Shown: positions 55,255 to 64,000 of the stretch, in pieces
Position numbering within the stretch: the first letter of the stretch is position 1
How the letters are laid out: each line of letters begins with the position of its first letter
Source: an uncultured Gammaproteobacteria bacterium
GTDB taxonomy: Bacteria; Pseudomonadota; Gammaproteobacteria; UBA9214
Direction: 5' to 3'
Assembly: GCA_963701455.1 (NCBI GenBank)
Contig: CAVPAE010000010.1
Location: 114,351-178,350, forward strand
Length of the DNA: 64,000 nucleotides
Notes under the pieces: model-generated
What the model was told of the DNA's origin: nothing
Databases searched by the model: none
Seen by the model: only the letters and a program-made list of their open reading frames with translations
Position numbers and translations under genes: made by a program

Positions 55255-57108
55255 TCAGATCATCAGGCGCTTGATACGCCGGCCGCCATAGATCAGGTTG
55301 ATGACGGCACGGGTGCCCATGATGGCGGTAAACATGGAGGTAACAATGCCGATCGACAGGGTCACCGCAAAGCCCTTGATCGGTCCGGTACCGTAGCTCA
55401 GCAGCACGATGGCCGCGATCAGGGTCGTGATATTGGCGTCGGCAATAGTCGAAAAGGCCTTTTCATAACCGGCCTTGATACTGGCGTGGGGGCTGTTGCC
55501 GTTGCGCAGTTCCTCGCGGATGCGTTCGAAAATCAGCACATTCGCATCAACCGCCATACCGACCGTCAGCACGATACCGGCGATACCCGGCAGGGTTAGC
55601 GTGGCCTGCAGCATGGACAGGATAGCCACGATCATCACCAGGTTCAGGGCCAGGGCGAGATCCGCCACCAGACCGAAGACGCGGTAATACAGCGCCATGA
55701 AAACCAGCACGGCGACAAAGCCGATCATGACCGAGTTGAAGCCCTGCTTGATATTGTCCTTGCCAAGGCTGGGGCCCACCGTACGCTCCTCGACGATATC
55801 AATGGGAGCGGCCAGCGCGCCGGAGCGCAGGATCAGGGCGAGTTCATGGGCCTCGCTGGAGCTGTCGAGGCCGGTGGTCTGGAAACGCTTGCTGAAGACG
55901 TCGCGAATGGTGGCGATACTGACGACCTCCTCCACCTTGGTGGATGTCTTGACTGGCTTCCCGTCGACAAGTTTCGTTTCCGTCCGGTTTTCAATGAAGA
56001 CAACCGCCATGGGTTTGCCGACGCTCTCCTTGGTGAACTTCAGCATGCTGCGGGCGCCCTTGGCATCCAGCATGACGGTGACGTTGGGGGTGCCGGACTG
56101 CTGGTCGAAACCGGAGCGGGCGTTGATGATCTGGTCGCCCGTTGCAATAACCGACTTCTTCAGCAGCACCTGGTTGCCGTTGCGTTCCCGGTACAGGCGT
56201 GATCCCGCCGGGACCTTGCCTGCCAGTGCCTGCTCGATGTCATGCTCGATGTCGACAGCACGATACTCCAGTGTCGCGGTAGCGCCGAGAATGCGCTTGG
56301 CCTGGGCGGTATCCTGGACCCCAGGCAGCTGCACGACGATGCGCTGGGTGCCCTGTTGCTGAATCACCGGCTCGGCCACGCCGAGTTCATTGACGCGGTT
56401 GCGCAGCGTCAGGATGTTCTGTTGCAGGGCGAGCTGGCGTATTTCCCGCGTCTCCTGTTCATTCAAACCGGCTAGCAGGCCGATTCTCTCGCCCTCGTCA
56501 AGATCTTCAAGCTGCAGCGTCGGGGATTCCTTGCGTATGACTTCGTGAGCCTTGTCCCGGTCCCCTGCACTCCTGAAGAGGATGCGCACGCCGGCTTTCT
56601 CGCCACGAATACTGGCATAGCGGATCTTGGCCTCGCGCAGAATGGTGCGCAACTCGTTCGTATAACGCTCGATTGCCAGATCGACAGCGGCGTCCATGTC
56701 GACCTCCAGCAGGAAATGCACGCCACCGCGCAGGTCGAGGCCGAGATACATCGGCAAGGCGCCGAGCTTGTCCAGCCATTCCGGCGTTGCCGGCGCCAGG
56801 TTCAACGCCACCACGTAGTCCGTGCCCAGCGTGGACTTGACGTAGTCGACCGCCTTGATCTGGGCCTCGGTGTCATTGAACCGGATGAGCAGCCTGCCCT
56901 CGCCTGATTCGACGGTTTTGACGGGTATGTTCGCAGCCTCCAGGGCCGCAGCCACGGACTCTGCAATGCTGCTGTCGATCGTGCCCGCACGCGTGCCGGA
57001 AATCTGCAGTGCCGGATCCTCTCCATACAGGTTGGGCAATGCATAGACCAGCCCGATCAGCAGTGCGGCCAGGATCAGGAGGTATCGCCAGAGGGAATAC
57101 TGGTTCAT
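55255..57108 (-). CDS. secD: Protein translocase subunit SecD
   Basis: LGLDLRGG, RVNELGVAEP and AVDANVLIFERIREE motifs. Confidence 0.97.
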   Translation of the reverse strand: MNQYSLWRYLLILAALLIGLVYALPNLYGEDPALQISGTRAGTIDSSIAESVAAALEAANIPVKTVESGEGRLLIRFNDTEAQIKAVDYVKSTLGTDYVVALNLAPATPEWLDKLGALPMYLGLDLRGGVHFLLEVDMDAAVDLAIERYTNELRTILREAKIRYASIRGEKAGVRILFRSAGDRDKAHEVIRKESPTLQLEDLDEGERIGLLAGLNEQETREIRQLALQQNILTLRNRVNELGVAEPVIQQQGTQRIVVQLPGVQDTAQAKRILGATATLEYRAVDIEHDIEQALAGKVPAGSRLYRERNGNQVLLKKSVIATGDQIINARSGFDQQSGTPNVTVMLDAKGARSMLKFTKESVGKPMAVVFIENRTETKLVDGKPVKTSTKVEEVVSIATIRDVFSKRFQTTGLDSSSEAHELALILRSGALAAPIDIVEERTVGPSLGKDNIKQGFNSVMIGFVAVLVFMALYYRVFGLVADLALALNLVMIVAILSMLQATLTLPGIAGIVLTVGMAVDANVLIFERIREELRNGNSPHASIKAGYEKAFSTIADANITTLIAAIVLLSYGTGPIKGFAVTLSIGIVTSMFTAIMGTRAVINLIYGGRRIKRLMI

Positions 57109-57135
57109 AGTCGCGTGCAATCCTTGAATGTGTAC

Positions 57136-57462
57136 CTAAAGGCCCTTGATCGTTCCCTTGGGCATGAGACTCGCGGCTGCCTGTCGCTGCACCTTTACGG
57201 TCACGCCTTCCGCGACTTCCAGCTCAACGAAGTTGTCCCCGACCTTGCTGATGCGACCCAGCAGGCCGCCGCTGGTGACGATCTCGTCGCCCTTCGCCAG
57301 GGCTTCGACCATCTGCTTGTGTTCCTTGGCCTTTTTGCTTTGCGGACGGATCAACAGGAAATAGAAAACGATAAAGATAAAGACCAGCGGCAACAGGCTG
57401 GTGAGTGCATCACCCTGCCCCTGGGGCGCCGCAGCCATTGCATCGGAAATAAAGAAACTCAT
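57136..57462 (-). CDS. yajC: Preprotein translocase subunit YajC
   Basis: FYFLLIRPQ and KGDEIVTSGG motifs. Confidence 0.96.
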   Translation of the reverse strand: MSFFISDAMAAAPQGQGDALTSLLPLVFIFIVFYFLLIRPQSKKAKEHKQMVEALAKGDEIVTSGGLLGRISKVGDNFVELEVAEGVTVKVQRQAAASLMPKGTIKGL

Positions 57463-57540
57463 TGCTAGTACCTCGCTCCTTCGTCCAGCCTGACAGTTTG
57501 CTCCCGGCCCCCGCGAGGGTGTGCCGGCCAAAGCGCGGTA

Positions 57541-59690
<2,150 letters not shown>

Positions 59691-59784
59691 GGCGCGGCAT
59701 GGTAGCACAGGGTTTGGTCCTTGCCCGCCCGCACGGATCGCTTATACTAGGCAGGCCTCGACCTCGTCGGGGCTTTTCATATCA

Positions 59785-59870
59785 GCCGGGGTGGCGGAAC
59801 TGGTAGACGCGCCTGACTCAAAATCAGGTGGCCATTGGTCGTGCGAGTTCGACTCTCGCCCTCGGCACCA
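59785..59870 (+). tRNA. tRNA-Leu(CAA)
   Basis: GCCGGGGTGGCGGAACTGGTAGACGCGCCTGACTCAAAATCAGG, long variable arm, TTCGACTC...ACCA. TTGCCC-N16-TATACT lies upstream. Confidence 0.95.
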
Positions 59871-59935
59871 CCTCGAAATTCCCGTCGAAAGCCTCTGTGG
59901 CCGGCCTGCCGCGGCAGCGCCTGAAACGGTCGCGA

Positions 59936-61468
59936 TCAGGTGTTGGTTTCCCTGTCCGGATGCATCATCAGGGCATAGCAGGAGAGTCCGACGCGTTGCT
60001 TTGGCGGCCTGGCGTCGTCACGTCCATGTTGCCGGACAAGGTCATGCAGCTTTCCGGCGAGATCGGGCGCCACCTGTTCCCAGTCAAACCGCCAGCGCCA
60101 GTTGTCGCTCGAACTGCCGGGGGTATTCATGCGGTGTTCGCTGCCCAGGGCAAGCAGATCCTGCATGGGAATGATCGCCAGTCTGGCAGTGGATTCCAGC
60201 GCGGTGCGAACCATCGGCCACGGCATGTCATCCATGGACGCCTGCAGGTACTCCGCCACCATGTGGCGGGTATGATCATCCAGGTTCTGGAACCAGCCCA
60301 GGGTCGTGTCGTTGTCATGGGTGCCGGTATAAACCACGGACAGGGGTTCGTGGTTCCGTGGCAGGTAAGGATTGTCTTCGCCGCCGTCAAAGGCAAACTG
60401 GAGAATCTTCATGCCGGGGAAACCGTACTGCAGGCGCAGCGCGTCGACTTCGGGCGTAATGATGCCGAGGTCTTCCGCCACCAGCGGCAACTCGCCGAAT
60501 TCCTGCTGCAGGCGATCAAACAGCCCGGTCCCCGGGCCTTCCACCCAGTGGCCGTCTATTGCCGTTTCACATGTCGCCGGTATTTCCCAGTATTTCTCGA
60601 AGCCGCGAAAGTGGTCCAGGCGAATGATATCGAACAGCTCCAGCTGGGTTCGCATGCGATCCAGCCACCAGCGGTAATCCGTTTCCCTGATCCTGTCCCA
60701 GCGATACAGCGGATTCCCCCAGCGCTGGCCAGTGGCGGAAAAATAGTCCGGGGGAACACCGGCAACCACTTCGAGTGCCCCGTGCTCGTCCAGCGAGAAC
60801 AGCTCCCGGTTGGCCCAGACATCCGCGCTGTCATAGGCGACATAAATAGGCATATCCCCGAACAGGCAGACACCGTGATCACGCGCATAGCTGCGCAAAT
60901 CGAACCATTGCAGGAAAAACAGGTACTGTTCAAAGCAGACCTGTTCGATCACGTTCTCCTGTGCCTTGCCGAATTTGCGCAATGCGCCCGCCTCGCGTTC
61001 GCGCAGCGGCACCGGCCAGTGATACCAGGAGGCACTTCCGAGGGACTTGCGGATCGCCTGATAAAGGGCATAGTCCTGCAGCCAGTAGCTGTTTTCCGTC
61101 TTGAAGGCATGGTACGCGGCACGCTCAGCCGGCCGCGCGACCTGTTCGAAACGTGCATACGCGGCTGCAAGACCGTTGCGAAACTCCTCCCTGCCACAGG
61201 ACGCCGCATCCAGCCAGCCCCGGGTCACCAGGTCCTCAAGGTTGATCAGTTCTTCGTCCCCCGCATGCACCGACAGGCACTGGTAAGGCGAGCGGTCTCT
61301 GTGCGTCGGTCCCAGGGGGAGCATCTGCCAAACCGTAAGTCCCGCAGCCTGCAGGAAATCGACGAAGCGCCGGGCATCCGGACCCAGGCTGCCATGCGCC
61401 CGCGAGTCAGGGAGTGATGTCGGGTGCAGCAGTACGCCGGCCCGCCGGTCTGTGAGGGGATTAGTCAA
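59936..61468 (-). CDS. malQ: 4-alpha-glucanotransferase (amylomaltase, GH77)
   Basis: GVLLHPTSLP, GVPPDYFS.TGQRWGNP, RLDHFRG, AEDLG and YTGTHDNDT motifs. Confidence 0.96.
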   Translation of the reverse strand: MTNPLTDRRAGVLLHPTSLPDSRAHGSLGPDARRFVDFLQAAGLTVWQMLPLGPTHRDRSPYQCLSVHAGDEELINLEDLVTRGWLDAASCGREEFRNGLAAAYARFEQVARPAERAAYHAFKTENSYWLQDYALYQAIRKSLGSASWYHWPVPLREREAGALRKFGKAQENVIEQVCFEQYLFFLQWFDLRSYARDHGVCLFGDMPIYVAYDSADVWANRELFSLDEHGALEVVAGVPPDYFSATGQRWGNPLYRWDRIRETDYRWWLDRMRTQLELFDIIRLDHFRGFEKYWEIPATCETAIDGHWVEGPGTGLFDRLQQEFGELPLVAEDLGIITPEVDALRLQYGFPGMKILQFAFDGGEDNPYLPRNHEPLSVVYTGTHDNDTTLGWFQNLDDHTRHMVAEYLQASMDDMPWPMVRTALESTARLAIIPMQDLLALGSEHRMNTPGSSSDNWRWRFDWEQVAPDLAGKLHDLVRQHGRDDARPPKQRVGLSCYALMMHPDRETNT

Positions 61469-61500
61469 TGGTTGGGTATCGGTCGCGAGGCATGAGGTAG

Positions 61501-63209
61501 CTAACCGGTGTACTGGCCCTTGCGCATGGCTCCGCCCTGCCGCGGGGCGCCACCGCCATGCGCGAATACCAGCGAGAGATACTCGGGCGGCTCCTTGCCG
61601 AGCAGGTGATAGAGATTCGAAAGGTGCATTCGGAACAGGCGTTCAAAGTCACTGACGGTGTCCGCCGAGTTGTAGTCGCCGAACCACCAGAACCAGTCGG
61701 AACCTTCACAGATCGACAGCTGGTGCTGGGCCGCCAGCATTTGCTCGCCACTGAGACTGCGTTCCGCCATGGTTTGGTCAAACACCTTTTTCGCGTCACC
61801 GAGCATGTCCCAGCCGCGGTTCTTGTCCTTGTCCCCGATCCAGGTTGAAAAGGTTCCGTACACCCAGCTGCCACTGACCAGGTTCTTCAGCCGCGGGGAC
61901 CTGCGCCGGGTGTACAGGTACTCTGAATAGGTGGTCATTTTCAGGCGCGGATGGTCGGACAGCTTGCGGTACAGGGTATTCAGGAAGTGGTAGCCATTTT
62001 CCGGGAAATGTTCCCAGGCATTCTCGCCGTCCAGGATAATGGAAACCAGCGCATTGTCCTTGCCCCGTGTCGTCGCGGCAATATTCTCGAGATGCTGGAT
62101 CAGGTTGGCGACCGCGTCGTCGGCATGCCAGTCGGAATAGGTGAACCCGATCAGGTCGGAGAGTCCGTCGTCACGGAAGAAACAGGTCAGATCACCGTCA
62201 TTGACCCGGAATCCCTGGTGCAGGCTGGCCTCGGCAAGGGCGTCATTGTCGGGGTTGGCCATGCTGTGGCGAAACACCGATTCCCCGCTGGCAGCCCACT
62301 TGAAGCCATACTCCTCGAGCAGGGCCAGGGTGGCCTCGCTGACGCCCCCCTCGGAGGGCCAGCAGCCGGTCGGGCGCATGCCCAGAAATTGTTCGAAGAC
62401 GTCTATGCCTTCCTTGATGTGCCAGCGGGCCCGCTCCTCGCCCCCGGGATAATTGTCGAGTGCCGGCATTTTAACCTCGGGCATGGCCTCCCTGGCTGTC
62501 TGCAGGTCGAGCAGCAGCGGTACGATCGGGTGGGCATAGGGAGACATCGAGAGTTCGACCTGCCCTTCCTCGGCCAGCTTGCGGTAGCGGTCGATCACGC
62601 TGGATAACAGTTCCCCAATCAGTTTCAGCAGCTTGCGCCGGTCCTGCAGGCTGAAGCCGGTGCCCTTGTCCATCAATTGCTGCAGCAGCAGGTTATCGCG
62701 GCGGACGGTTTCCCCCATCCAGGCAAGGTGGTACCAGACCAGCAGATCGATGATGAACTGGTCGCCGAGGTACAGCATGCCGGACGGGTGTTCGTGGAAC
62801 CAGCGCGCCATTTCCGCCAGTTTCTGGTAAGGCTGGAGAAGCGGCGTATCGAGCGCAGTTCGTTGACGCGCAGACAGGCGCTCACCAGTGCCATGCGCTG
62901 TTCTTTGCCGGCCGGCAGTACCGGGCAGGCCAGTGCCGCCAGCAGCGGGTCCCGCAGCGCCTTGTTTTCCGAAAGGAATCCGTTTACCTGGCCGGCATAG
63001 TCGGAGAGCTGTTCCAGCAGCACCGGGGCGAAGTTGACCACGGCCCTGGCTTCGGGCGCAGCCTCGAGGTGGGCCGCCATGTCGATGTAGTCCTTGGTGG
63101 CGTGCAGATAGGACCAGGGAAGCTGATAGGTGCCGCTGATCAGGTCGCAGTACTGTGGCTGGTGCATGTGCCAGCAGATAACGATATTGAGCGGGGTATC
63201 ACCGGACAA
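61501..63209 (-). CDS. Glycoside hydrolase family 57 protein (frameshifted)
   Basis: WHMHQP, WPSEG, ILDGENAWE and EGSDWFWW GH57 motifs. Frame break at about 62835. Confidence 0.92.
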
Positions 63210-64000
63210 AGTGCAATTCCTGGCCCAGCATTTCCGGCGTCACCAGCACTACGCCGCCCGGACTGACATAAAAGCGTTCGGCATCCGCTTCCGGATCTTC
63301 ACCGATAACGGTGCCGTCGGGCAGTATGCAGCCCTTGTCGATGACGGCCTTGGTGATGCGGCAGTTACGGCCGAAATGCACATTGGGCAGTGCAACCACG
63401 TCCTGCAACATGGCATATGAACTGACCTTGACGTTGGAAAACAGCAGTGAATGCCGCACCGTTGCGCCCGGAAATCAGGCAGCCGCCGGAAACCATGGAA
63501 TCGATCGCCATGCCGCGGCGGTCGTCATCGTCAAAGATAAACTTGGCGGGCGGCAACTGTTCCTGGTAGGTCCAGATGGGCCACTTGTCGTCGTACAGGT
63601 TCAGTTCCGGCAGCACGCCGATCAACTCCAGGTTGGCCTCCCAGAAGGCGTCGATGGTACCCACATCGCGCCAGTAGGCGCTCTGCTTGCCCTGGGTATC
63701 CCGGAACGGAAAGCTGGATACACGGTATTTCTTGATCAGGCGCGGGATGATGTCATGGCCGAAATCATGCGAGGAATAGACATCATCGGCATCCTTGATC
63801 AGCTGCTCGTAGAGGAAGGCGGTGTTGAAGACATAGATGCCCATCGACACCAGTGCCGCTTCCGTGGATCCCGGCATCGGGGTGGGATTCTCGGGTTTCT
63901 CGTTGAATTCGATCACCCGCCCGTTGGCGTCGATCGAGATGACGCCGAAGGCCTTGGCGCCCTCCAGCGGCACTTCGATGCAACCGACAGTCATGTCCGC
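63199..64000 (-). CDS. glgC: Glucose-1-phosphate adenylyltransferase, 3' part (frameshifted; 5' end lies outside the window)
   Basis: [20 protein letters not shown] and [12 protein letters not shown] motifs. One extra G at about 63468. Confidence 0.95.

Noticed and set aside
59785-59940. Genomic island at tRNA-Leu(CAA)
   Set aside because: The tRNA is directly followed by malQ, with no integrase, att duplication or compositional shift.

Overview
A GC-rich gammaproteobacterial core-chromosome segment (Chromatiales/Ectothiorhodospiraceae-like by gene order; this is an inference). It is almost entirely housekeeping: a peptide/nickel-type ABC transporter divergent from fabI; tig-clpP-clpX-lon-hupB-tRNAs-ppiD; a tRNA cluster; folD/cysS/cyclophilin/lpxH; leuCDB-asd-fimV-truA-trpFBA-accD-folC-dedD-cvpA-purF-metZ; aroC/prmB; sco-PCuAC-psd; an ECF sigma module; suhB; queA-tgt-yajC-secDF; and a glycogen operon (glgC-GH57-malQ). 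Eight tRNAs are present. I see no integrase, transposase, phage gene or CRISPR array. About 11 small frameshifts fall in otherwise intact genes, including essential cysS, and most likely reflect an error-prone assembly. The most interesting items are: (1) a secreted His-rich 18-aa tandem-repeat protein heading an ECF sigma / Zn-finger anti-sigma / DUF3106 operon next to copper chaperones, a candidate metal-sensing and sequestration module; (2) a SAM-II-type riboswitch coupled to an intrinsic terminator ahead of metZ-DUF455-lipoprotein; (3) a cyclophilin gene with two in-frame, SD-equipped starts; (4) three different palindromic repeat families within 12 kb; (5) tandem sigma54 and sigma32 promoter motifs at lon; and (6) small orphan genes. 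All calls come from reading the sequence; no database searches were run.
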